Part shown: in pieces, positions 9,040 to 17,234 of the stretch
How positions within the stretch are numbered: position 1 is the stretch's first letter
How the letters are laid out: every line of letters starts with the position of its first letter
IMG/VR virus record: IMGVR_UViG_3300028045_000007
Coordinates: 32,001-96,000 of that record
Source of the DNA: a virus
Strand: one strand, 5' to 3'
DNA: 64,000 nucleotides
The notes under the pieces: generated by a model
Database searches by the model: none
The model's input: the letters and a program-made list of their open reading frames with translations, nothing else
Told to the model about the DNA's origin: nothing
Program-made: the position numbers and the translations under genes

Positions 9040-9576
9040 TTAACCCTCCCCTATTTTACCTACCTGGATATTGGCACGGAGCAAAAGCTCGATGCCGCTG
9101 AGAACCCTATATTCCTCATCATATATTACTCTAACAATACCCGACTGGATGATCAGTTTGGCACAATCGAGACACGGTGAAGAAGTAACGTACAAGGTGC
9201 CGCCACGTACGCTTACGGTAGAGCCAGCCGCCTTGGCTATTGCGTTTGATTCAGCGTGGAGTACCTCTGGCTTGGTTACGAGTTCGACAGAGTGCAACGG
9301 GGGGCCGCTTGTTATGCCGCATGGCAACTCTGCATTGCAGTAATTGCAATACAACAATCGCGTAACTCTGTCCTCGACCCACTCATGTACACAGCTAATT
9401 CTCTCGTTTTCGCAGCAGTTATCAAAACCAGAAGGCGTACCATTAAAACCAGGGAGCATCAGTCCGTCTGGCAGTACAATTACGGCACCGACCTTCGTGC
9501 GTTGAGCCCGCGACAGCTTACTCAACGCACGAGCACAGTCCATATATGCCTTATCTAGTGATTTCTGATTTGCCAT
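9040..9576 (-). CDS. dCMP deaminase
   Basis: VGAVIV, GFNGTP, HAESNA, SPCLDC motifs. Confidence 0.93.
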   Translation of the reverse strand: MANQKSLDKAYMDCARALSKLSRAQRTKVGAVIVLPDGLMLPGFNGTPSGFDNCCENERISCVHEWVEDRVTRLLYCNYCNAELPCGITSGPPLHSVELVTKPEVLHAESNAIAKAAGSTVSVRGGTLYVTSSPCLDCAKLIIQSGIVRVIYDEEYRVLSGIELLLRANIQVGKIGEG

Positions 9577-9802
9577 CGAATGGATTTAGTAGTTGGGCGG
9601 TTTTTTCCGCTTCGAATAATCGACTCAGTTCGGAACGTAGACCACGGAGCCAGTTGGCAGCTATAGCTTGAAAAGCAACTTCCTCGTCGCCTTCTTGCGA
9701 TACGGCTAAGTCTCTCAACTCCCCCATATGCACCTGTGCAGCACGCCTACCTCGCATTCGAGCCAAGAAAAGCGTGTGTGCGAAGGTATCTTTCTTAGGC
9801 AT
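9551..9802 (-). CDS. hypothetical protein
   Basis: 83-aa ORF with TAATG coupling. Confidence 0.55.
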   Translation of the reverse strand: MPKKDTFAHTLFLARMRGRRAAQVHMGELRDLAVSQEGDEEVAFQAIAANWLRGLRSELSRLFEAEKTAQLLNPFDGKSEITR

Positions 9803-10335
9803 TATTTGTTTTCGTCGTCAGGGTCGAAGGATTGAAACGGCAATTGTAAGAATGCTTTAGCGTATTTCGACATCAGCTTGTCGTAAATGTCTTCTGGCGA
9901 ATATGACTTATCTTTTGAAATGACATGCATATCTGTTGACAGCATCGATGCTTTCACTGATATCTCATGAAACCCAATGACAATATTCTTGATGAGCTTC
10001 TCTATGCGAGCCTTACGAAGTCTGACTTCTGCATCTTGAAGCGTCTCTTTTAGTAAGTTCAAGCTTGCCCTTAGTGCGTCGCGACGCTTCTCCCAATTCA
10101 GACGTTGCAACGCGGTGACAGGGGGTTCGTCACATGACAGAATCGCGGAACTAATTTTTGAACTCTTAAACATTGCGTGAGCGTCCCGAGGATCGGCAGC
10201 GTCCACACATACTCCGCTGAAATCCATATTTACAGGATCAAACTCTTCTTCTGCAAATGCGTCAATATCCTGCACGAAGACGTTACTCTGGATCTTACCG
10301 CCCTCCCTTATGTGATAAACGTAGTATCTAGTCAT
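9802..10335 (-). CDS. hypothetical protein (first gene after a sigma70-type promoter)
   Basis: 177-aa ORF. Confidence 0.65.
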   Translation of the reverse strand: MTRYYVYHIREGGKIQSNVFVQDIDAFAEEEFDPVNMDFSGVCVDAADPRDAHAMFKSSKISSAILSCDEPPVTALQRLNWEKRRDALRASLNLLKETLQDAEVRLRKARIEKLIKNIVIGFHEISVKASMLSTDMHVISKDKSYSPEDIYDKLMSKYAKAFLQLPFQSFDPDDENK

Positions 10336-10340
10336 GATGA

Positions 10341-10369
10341 AGTCTACTATCTAGATGACACGAAGTCAA
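10341..10369 (-). promoter_or_regulatory. sigma70-type promoter, probably giving a leaderless transcript
   Basis: TTGACT-17 nt-TAGACT, ending 5 nt before the ATG at 10335. Confidence 0.7.
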
Positions 10370-10650
10370 GAAATTTTGCCCCAATTATTCAAGAGCCGCA
10401 GGAGTTCGTGAGTACGAATCTCTAGCTCCTTCTTGCGTAAGTGACTTGGGTTCGTGGCCAGTTCGCTCAATAGGTCAGCAAGCTGCTTGTCGATAACGGC
10501 TAACAGCATACTAACGGTTGGCGGCTTAGGGCCAAACAACGCTTCTGTTACGCCTAACACTAGCTCGATACCAAGAGCCACTTCGGGTGACGCCACGGCA
10601 AGTCCAGCACGTACAATAGGATCGTTAAGTATATCGGTTACTTTTTCCAC
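10366..10650 (-). CDS. hypothetical protein
   Basis: 94 aa, amphipathic/hydrophobic, GTG start with AAGGTGG RBS. Confidence 0.6.
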   Translation of the reverse strand: MEKVTDILNDPIVRAGLAVASPEVALGIELVLGVTEALFGPKPPTVSMLLAVIDKQLADLLSELATNPSHLRKKELEIRTHELLRLLNNWGKIS

Positions 10651-10676
10651 TAGATGAATCCACCTTTAGAATACAC

Positions 10677-10937
10677 TCACTTCGCATTCACTGACTGTAT
10701 TTTGAATTCAACCGTGAGGCCATTACTGGTTTCGACGTATTTACATCGAACCTGTATCGTGGAATTCGCCAATACTTCGTTATCGCCTACACGTCCCCTA
10801 AGCCAGCGATGCAGGAGCGGCTTGATGTCTTCGATAGCCTCTACCTGTTTGGGGATGGCTTTTTCAAGGCCAATTGGAGCAGAACGTAAGATTCTGCCAT
10901 TCTTGAAAGATACTTCGGTGCTAAAACGAGTCTTCAT
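10677..10937 (-). CDS. hypothetical protein
   Basis: 86-aa ORF directly after a consensus promoter. Confidence 0.6.
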   Translation of the reverse strand: MKTRFSTEVSFKNGRILRSAPIGLEKAIPKQVEAIEDIKPLLHRWLRGRVGDNEVLANSTIQVRCKYVETSNGLTVEFKIQSVNAK

Positions 10938-10946
10938 GATGACTCT

Positions 10947-10975
10947 ATTATACGGTCGCGAAGCTAGTGCGTCAA
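10947..10975 (-). promoter_or_regulatory. near-consensus sigma70 promoter
   Basis: TTGACG-17 nt-TATAAT, 9 nt before the ATG at 10937. Confidence 0.8.
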
Positions 10976-11689
10976 CCTACATCGTCTATTTTTCCGCAAC
11001 CCAGACGTATTCGTCCACCAGTGGCTAATGCTGTGCCTGGCAATATCGATCTCGACCTGAGATAGCGTCTTTTGCTCTCCGTCCTTGACGTACGTCGGAT
11101 ACATCACGCATGACATTGCATTCGTCCCAAATGGTAGAATTACTGAACCAGTTGGAGCCGTATCTGTCATACTGAATACATGGGGCACCCCAAACACGTG
11201 TCCGAGTTCGTGTAGTGCAACTGAAAAAGCCTGTGTGGGGTTATCCTCTAAACGATCTGCATCTAGTAGGATCACGCGGTCACGCGGCAACCACATACCC
11301 AGTACGTTATCCGTTATAGCATAGGGCGATGTCTGGAGATCATCGATGACGATATTGATCACACCGGCACGTTGAAGTACTTCGATCGGCGTGTCCGGAG
11401 ATCCAATATAGACCGTAACCCTGATCGGCACATGACCGATCCACTCCTCGATCGCCTTGCACAATCCTACCATTGTTTCTGGGTACTTGTCGATCTGTTC
11501 TTTGTGAACTATAAACTCAAACGAGACATAAAAGTTATGCTCACTGGTGGCAGAATCCCGTGTTACTTCTACGTCTGGTGGACTAGTGAAGCTCAGTTGA
11601 TCAGTTAGATCGTACTTGTTCTGAGTAGGCGTTACGCAACAGGACAGGATCAGTAGGTATAAGCCAATCGGGATATATCGTAGCTTCAT
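10964..11689 (-). CDS. matrixin/metzincin-like zinc metalloprotease, predicted lipoprotein
   Basis: HELGHVFGVPH (HExxHxxGxxH), Met-turn VMYP, N-terminal LLILSC lipobox. Confidence 0.85.
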   Translation of the reverse strand: MKLRYIPIGLYLLILSCCVTPTQNKYDLTDQLSFTSPPDVEVTRDSATSEHNFYVSFEFIVHKEQIDKYPETMVGLCKAIEEWIGHVPIRVTVYIGSPDTPIEVLQRAGVINIVIDDLQTSPYAITDNVLGMWLPRDRVILLDADRLEDNPTQAFSVALHELGHVFGVPHVFSMTDTAPTGSVILPFGTNAMSCVMYPTYVKDGEQKTLSQVEIDIARHSISHWWTNTSGLRKNRRCRLTH

Positions 11690-11927
11690 AGTACAATCTC
11701 ACTTCTAATGAACAGGGCCGTGCAAGGCTGGGAGCCATTCACTAATACTCTAAGTGACCGGCCCGGAAAAACTTGAAAAAAGGAAAAGGATACACGCCAC
11801 GTACTACTTACTAGGTGAGGCTGCCATTTTGGCATCCGGGTTTGACACCGCATGTTCGCTTCGCATTCTTCGTTCTGGCTTTCATGCTCTTATTTTGTCA
11901 TCAGATTCGGCTTTTGTCACCAAGTTT

Positions 11928-12188
11928 ATGGAAACAATCATCACATCCGAGCAAGATCTTAGTAGTCATGATGAACCATTACCTGATGGCGTGCTGTTGG
12001 TACATTTTAAGATCGTAGGTGTCGGACCCAACACTTTAACTGAAGCTAATCACTTAGGACCTAAGATTTGCGACATCGTTCGTCCGCAACCTGGGTTTTT
12101 TGTAATTGGTAGCACCGAGGAAGGTATACGAGCCGCAATGCATGACCTCGTAGACCGTTTCTGTGATTCTAGAGAGGAAGTAGAATGA
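11928..12188 (+). CDS. hypothetical protein
   Basis: First plus-strand gene; probable start METIITSEQ. Confidence 0.55.
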   Translation: METIITSEQDLSSHDEPLPDGVLLVHFKIVGVGPNTLTEANHLGPKICDIVRPQPGFFVIGSTEEGIRAAMHDLVDRFCDSREEVE

Positions 12189-12481
12189 ATCAACGTTCAA
12201 AGAGAGCAAGAGATCGTAAGAAGACGCAAGATATCGACGTATCAACAATCCAAACGGGTGGTTATGTGGCCCATCACGGTCGTAACCAAGATCCTAACGT
12301 TCGCGTCCCGAAGGCTACTGGTGATATGACCGAGGGCATCAGGTCCGGTCTTGCCAAGGCTTCTCCCTTTTTCAAGAAGCTGAAAGAACTAAAGCCCGAC
12401 AGTCCAGAAGAGGAAAAGAAGGCGGTGGCCGAAGCAACAGAGAAGCATACCAAAAAGAAGGGCAAAGTAAAAGAAGAGTAG
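12185..12481 (+). CDS. small basic hypothetical protein
   Basis: 98 aa, Lys-rich, ATGA overlap. Confidence 0.6.
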   Translation: MNQRSKRARDRKKTQDIDVSTIQTGGYVAHHGRNQDPNVRVPKATGDMTEGIRSGLAKASPFFKKLKELKPDSPEEEKKAVAEATEKHTKKKGKVKEE

Positions 12482-12482
12482 T

Positions 12483-13073
12483 ATGACATTCACCGTAGTG
12501 GCCAGCGGCACCCTCACCTACGATGACGTGTCAGATATAGTTGAAGCATTAACCAGGACTGAGGGGCGAAAGTATCCAATTCCTGGGATGGACTTCGAAG
12601 ACACGGCTCAAGAAATCCGTGCAGAGTGTTTGCGGGTATTGAGCTTCTACGACCAGAGCCGCATCGGACCTTCTCCGTTTAAGTTTCTTCAGACGTGTGT
12701 CCGTAACTTCTTATACAATAAACGAAGAGGGATTTGGGTTCCGAACAATCCGCCGTGTACTCGTTGCCCCATGTGGAATAAGGCAAGTAAGTTTTGTACT
12801 GCTGAAGAGGTAGATTGTCGCAAGATAGTGCAGCACCGCAAAAACATGAACACTAAAGCTGCATTAAAGCAACCGGCTTCTCTTGAGGTTGACGTGTCTG
12901 ATCCAGAGCATGAACTCGCCATCGACGCCATGCTCCTAGATGAAAGCATTCGTGAGGCCATGCCCCCTCATCTTGTTTCACAGTACGAAAAGATGTTGGC
13001 TGGCGAACATGTTACGGCACGTATTAAGCGACAGGTACGCGACATTGTATCAACCATTATCCATCATGCCTAG
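12483..13073 (+). CDS. phage sigma factor-like protein with a Cys4 insertion
   Basis: Region-2-like DFEDTAQE...YDQSR...FLQTCVRNFLYN; CTRC..C..C insert; short C-terminus. Confidence 0.7.
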   Translation: MTFTVVASGTLTYDDVSDIVEALTRTEGRKYPIPGMDFEDTAQEIRAECLRVLSFYDQSRIGPSPFKFLQTCVRNFLYNKRRGIWVPNNPPCTRCPMWNKASKFCTAEEVDCRKIVQHRKNMNTKAALKQPASLEVDVSDPEHELAIDAMLLDESIREAMPPHLVSQYEKMLAGEHVTARIKRQVRDIVSTIIHHA

Positions 13074-13875
13074 ATCATTTCCCGAAGAACAGCGACTCAT
13101 GGTTCGTGAACTTGCCGAGCAAGGTCACACCCATGTCGCAATTGTTAATGCGATGAGGGAACGTTTTCCTCAAGACTGGAAGGCGAAGAATGCTCATCGT
13201 ACCGTGAGTCGCATACTCAAAGACAACCCAGTAAAGTCCGCGATCCCCACGCCCGACATGCCTATGCCGAGTGTTAAGGTACCCTCGATGCCTAAGACGT
13301 TGGACGAGATGACGCGGGAGGAACGAGCACGTTACATCGAGGCACGCCTCCAAACGACGCCCAGATTTCGCATGGCATTCCGAAGCTTTGCCAAAGAAGA
13401 TAAGGATGTATTTGTCGATGAATACATGAGGATCATCAGGTCTACTGATACTCTCACCGAGGTAGAGGAGCAGGCGTTGTTCGCCGCCATTCTTGAACTC
13501 ATTCTTGCTTTTCAAGCACTTAATCGTAAAGAGAAGGAAGAACAGTGGCGTGACCAATCTTTAGCCGGGGAAATCGACGAGGATGATCCCCGCTATCGTC
13601 GTTTGGTAGAACCCAAGTATCAGAAAGAGTACGATGATCATATGAAGATGTATCAGCGTGGTACAGAGCAACTCAAGATGTCTCGTAGGGATCGTCTCAA
13701 GGAGGTGCGATCACAGAAACAGACGTTGATTGACTTAGCCGAAGAGTTATCGAGTAAAAATGCACAGTCAGAGGTAGCACACGAGATCGAACGCTTAGCT
13801 AAATTGCGAGACGATGAGCTTAAGCGTTTGTTGGAGCTAGGACATATCCATGGAGTGTTTGCGGACTATGAATAA
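13066..13875 (+). CDS. HTH/coiled-coil protein, candidate terminase small subunit
   Basis: N-terminal HTH-like segment, helical C-terminus, position upstream of terL. Confidence 0.45.
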   Translation: MPRSFPEEQRLMVRELAEQGHTHVAIVNAMRERFPQDWKAKNAHRTVSRILKDNPVKSAIPTPDMPMPSVKVPSMPKTLDEMTREERARYIEARLQTTPRFRMAFRSFAKEDKDVFVDEYMRIIRSTDTLTEVEEQALFAAILELILAFQALNRKEKEEQWRDQSLAGEIDEDDPRYRRLVEPKYQKEYDDHMKMYQRGTEQLKMSRRDRLKEVRSQKQTLIDLAEELSSKNAQSEVAHEIERLAKLRDDELKRLLELGHIHGVFADYE

Positions 13876-14824
13876 AGAGCAACTAAAGATAGCGATGTTG
13901 TTTGCTTCTTGGGAAGAATTTGGCGAGGGGTGGAGCACGCCCATTGGCATTAGAGAAGAGCTGAGATCTCGTGGTCACGAGGTACGCCAATATAATCTTT
14001 ATCACGATCAAGGTATATTGTTTGCGGACAATGTGCGTCACTATTCTAATCAGGGTATTAACCAACTGTATCAAGATTTCCATGCGGGCACGTTTCGTCC
14101 TGACGCAATCTTCTGTATGGATTATGGGCCGTGGGACGCGATGCAATTTGGCAAACAGTATTTTCCTGGTTCCGTTTTAGTGAAAGAAGCTGGCGACGAG
14201 CCACAGGCTCACGCACAGCACTGTAGGGCAGCTCCGAGAGTTCATGTTATCTTGTCTCCTGACCTTCAATGTGTTGAACGTTATCACACAATGGGGTTCC
14301 ACGCGGTTCATTGGACGCACCATGCTGACCGCCGTATCTTCTATCCCCGACAGGAGGTGAATATCGAGTTTGATTGTGTGACCACGTGTGGTTCACGTGG
14401 CGAGAACGGTCTCACTGACAAGATTCAGAAGGCTCTCGGGGCTCGTTTCAACAATGAACGCTATTTCTTTGGCGACGACCACGCCAAGCGTCTCTGTATG
14501 GGTAAAATGGTCTTTCAATGTTCACAGTTCAAGGAAATTACTCGTCGCATTTTTGAAGGTATGGCATGTGGTCGCATGGTCATCACGGATCGCATACCGG
14601 ACAGTACCGGACTGTCAGAAATGTTTATTGAAGGTCAAGATATAGTGTACTATGACAGTGCGGAAGACGCTATCAATAAGATTCGTTACTATGCTTCGCA
14701 TGACGTGGAACGCGAAGAGATCGCTGTAAATGGCTACAAGAAGGTAATGGCCTATCATACGGAAGTGCAGCGTTGTGATGATTTCGAAGCATGCGTGCTT
14801 GCCGCCAAGGAGACCTTGGTATGA
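13868..14824 (+). CDS. glycosyltransferase, CgeB/Glyco_trans_1_2-like (GT-B)
   Basis: RRIFEGMACG...ITD...REEIAVNGYKKV..HT. Confidence 0.88.
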   Translation: MNKEQLKIAMLFASWEEFGEGWSTPIGIREELRSRGHEVRQYNLYHDQGILFADNVRHYSNQGINQLYQDFHAGTFRPDAIFCMDYGPWDAMQFGKQYFPGSVLVKEAGDEPQAHAQHCRAAPRVHVILSPDLQCVERYHTMGFHAVHWTHHADRRIFYPRQEVNIEFDCVTTCGSRGENGLTDKIQKALGARFNNERYFFGDDHAKRLCMGKMVFQCSQFKEITRRIFEGMACGRMVITDRIPDSTGLSEMFIEGQDIVYYDSAEDAINKIRYYASHDVEREEIAVNGYKKVMAYHTEVQRCDDFEACVLAAKETLV

Positions 14825-15630
14825 CGAGTAGTGAGCGACATCTACGTCCCGATCAATCACGTTGGGACTTTAACGTACAACGATACAAAGATGATCGTGA
14901 CGTATTTTCGGAAAAAGGATTACTGTCTATTGTTGTGCTTGCACACGGTCGTCCGGAACATACTCATCTTGCCGTGTCGTCAACTATATCCTGTCTTCAA
15001 GATTATCCTGGTGAGATTGAGTGGATCTTTATTGAGAACTGCGATAGTGACGCTAACATGAAGTTCTTTAGGGGATTAGATCTAGAAAGAAAGGTTATCG
15101 TTTGTCAGAGCAACTATGGCATTAATGAGGCACTCAATCAGGGGTGGAAACTGTCTCGTGGCGAGTATGTCATGATTCATGAAAACGACTGGCAAGCGAT
15201 ATGCAACATAGATTTTGTTACGCCAGCCAAACAGATATTTGAGCAAGAGATTGATGTTGGTGTAATACAGTTACGTGACCCACACGATCCGAACGAGAAT
15301 TTTGGACGAGGTAAGCCAGAGTACAATCCCTGGTCCTGCACCGTAGAACAGGTTATGGAAGCTGGCTTTCATATATACGAGAGTCAGACTAGTGACGGAC
15401 ACTCTTATTTCGTGTCGAATCATCCTAATGGATTTAACAACAACCCAGTAATCATTCGGAAGAGTCTATATCATGCTTGTGGATCCTATCCAGAAGCACT
15501 GATGGGCTGCGATCCTCGCCATGGAGAAACAGAGTATCAAGCTCGTGTAGCTTACAAAGGCTATGAGACGGCGTACATTGGTGTGCCTATTTACCAACAC
15601 ATGGGACGAATACAGACTAAGGCGACGTAA
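14821..15630 (+). CDS. family 2-like glycosyltransferase (GT-A)
   Basis: LSIVVLAHGR, IFIEN, NYGINEALNQG..LSRGEYVMIHEND, C-terminal H.G. Confidence 0.85.
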   Translation: MTSSERHLRPDQSRWDFNVQRYKDDRDVFSEKGLLSIVVLAHGRPEHTHLAVSSTISCLQDYPGEIEWIFIENCDSDANMKFFRGLDLERKVIVCQSNYGINEALNQGWKLSRGEYVMIHENDWQAICNIDFVTPAKQIFEQEIDVGVIQLRDPHDPNENFGRGKPEYNPWSCTVEQVMEAGFHIYESQTSDGHSYFVSNHPNGFNNNPVIIRKSLYHACGSYPEALMGCDPRHGETEYQARVAYKGYETAYIGVPIYQHMGRIQTKAT

Positions 15631-15632
15631 GC

Positions 15633-16268
15633 ATGAGAACAAATAAGCTATCTAACGATACGTCAGATGCACATATTATTGGACGTGTATTGTCCATGAC
15701 AGATAACATTCCCAAGTTCATTATTGATGTTGGTGCGTCTGAGGGGCATTACAATAGCAACTCAATGCCGTTAATACTTGAGATGTCTTGGTGTGGCATT
15801 CTGCTTGAACCCATGCCGATTCAGTTTAAGCAATTGATGACAAGATATCAAGACATCGATGACATTCAATGTATCAATGCGGTGTTGTGCGATAACGACA
15901 GTATCGTTGATATGTTTATTCACCCTAATGATGGTGACGGTACCACAGCAGGCAACCATGGTTCGTCACTCATCAAAATGGCTCGTAATAAAATTGTTGT
16001 AAAGGTGCCATCTATATCATATGAGAGCTTAAATAGCTTGCGTAATCTAAGGGATGTAGGAATTTTGTCTATCGATACGGAAGGATACGATTTTGATATT
16101 TTGCGTGGCCTACTGCCTCTTGGTCTGCCAGCAGTTATCATTAGTGAGGTTATTGAGGTGGGCGAAGAAGACAAGGTGCGTTTTATAGAGTCGTTTGGCT
16201 ATCATATGATCATTGATGGGCATTCAAATAAAGCCTGGGCATTACCACATTATATACGGGAGAACTAA
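15633..16268 (+). CDS. FkbM-family methyltransferase
   Basis: IDVGASEG..SNS, GILLEP, LSIDTEGYD. Confidence 0.9.
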   Translation: MRTNKLSNDTSDAHIIGRVLSMTDNIPKFIIDVGASEGHYNSNSMPLILEMSWCGILLEPMPIQFKQLMTRYQDIDDIQCINAVLCDNDSIVDMFIHPNDGDGTTAGNHGSSLIKMARNKIVVKVPSISYESLNSLRNLRDVGILSIDTEGYDFDILRGLLPLGLPAVIISEVIEVGEEDKVRFIESFGYHMIIDGHSNKAWALPHYIREN

Positions 16269-16269
16269 T

Positions 16270-16533
16270 ATGGAAAACAATTTTACGACCGGCGTTCCAC
16301 AGGGCGAAAGTAACGGAAGTGTTTTTCCGGATCAATACGGAAGTGTTTTTCCGGATCAATCGTGCCACTACGTACAGTCAATGCCCTGGACATACGTGCC
16401 GTATCCGACCAAATCTGCTCGTGAGCAGGTACAGGACGAGATTCTTATTAAGTTAGCCGAAGCAATTGAAGGCAATGACTTAAAGAAGGCAAGACAATTA
16501 ATTGAACTGGCAAAAACCCTAAAGGAACTGTAG
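16270..16533 (+). CDS. hypothetical protein
   Basis: GGAG RBS; contains duplicated GSVFPDQ. Confidence 0.6.
   Translation: MENNFTTGVPQGESNGSVFPDQYGSVFPDQSCHYVQSMPWTYVPYPTKSAREQVQDEILIKLAEAIEGNDLKKARQLIELAKTLKEL
16313..16360 (+). repeat. perfect 24-bp tandem duplication
   Basis: ACGGAAGTGTTTTTCCGGATCAAT x2, in frame. Confidence 0.95.
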
Positions 16534-16546
16534 AAGGAGATTAGAT

Positions 16547-16756
16547 ATGCCCAAACAAAATGACAAGGTATTGATTGATGGCGTGAAGGCACGCATTGAA
16601 ACATTCTGGGGACAAGGCAAGCACACTGTGTATAAGCTTGACGATGGTCGGGTAGTTTTTGATATTAGTGACGATGCTATTGTAGCAGATGAGCCAGTGA
16701 TCAAGAGAGGTCCCGCCCCGAAACACCCATACAAGAAGCCTAGCTTGGATGACTAA
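16547..16756 (+). CDS. hypothetical protein
   Basis: AAGGAG RBS, 69 aa. Confidence 0.65.
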   Translation: MPKQNDKVLIDGVKARIETFWGQGKHTVYKLDDGRVVFDISDDAIVADEPVIKRGPAPKHPYKKPSLDD

Positions 16757-17234
16757 GATTAAGCCAACTATTATTGTTGACACTCGGGAGAAGCTCCCTT
16801 GGGACTGGGAAGACGACGACGCTTTTGCGTCAGTAATCTATCGTAAACTTGACGCGGGTGACTATAGCATCGAGGGTCTCGAAGATGTCATTTTCATAGA
16901 ACGCAAGGCGTCTGTGGACGAGTTGTATAACAACTTTACCACGGGGAAGAAGCGTCTTGCGGCTGAGTTCGACAGGGTGACCGATCATAGGGTCAAGATC
17001 TTCATTATTGAAGAGACGTGCGAGGACATTCTCAATCCTCGTAAATACTACGTCAATAAAAAGAAGATCAATCGCAAGAGTCCAAAGATGCCTCCTGCTG
17101 TTGTAGCCTCTAGTCTTACTAATTTAGTGTTAGAGCAAAACGTACACGTGATCTTTGGTGGAAGTCGAGCACAGTCAATGGTTCGTGGTATCCTTTTGCG
17201 TGCCTGGGAGCTATATCAAAAAGGTCAACTATGA
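16749..17234 (+). CDS. ERCC4/XPF-type nuclease
   Basis: VDTRE, LDAGDY, IERKASVDEL motifs. Confidence 0.9.
   Translation: MTKIKPTIIVDTREKLPWDWEDDDAFASVIYRKLDAGDYSIEGLEDVIFIERKASVDELYNNFTTGKKRLAAEFDRVTDHRVKIFIIEETCEDILNPRKYYVNKKKINRKSPKMPPAVVASSLTNLVLEQNVHVIFGGSRAQSMVRGILLRAWELYQKGQL

Noticed and set aside
11690-11927. tRNA or replication origin in the divergent intergenic region
   Set aside because: No cloverleaf found; only short TTTTGTCA repeats, too weak to call.
16313-16360. Mini CRISPR array
   Set aside because: Only two adjacent units with no spacer, lying in frame within a gene.
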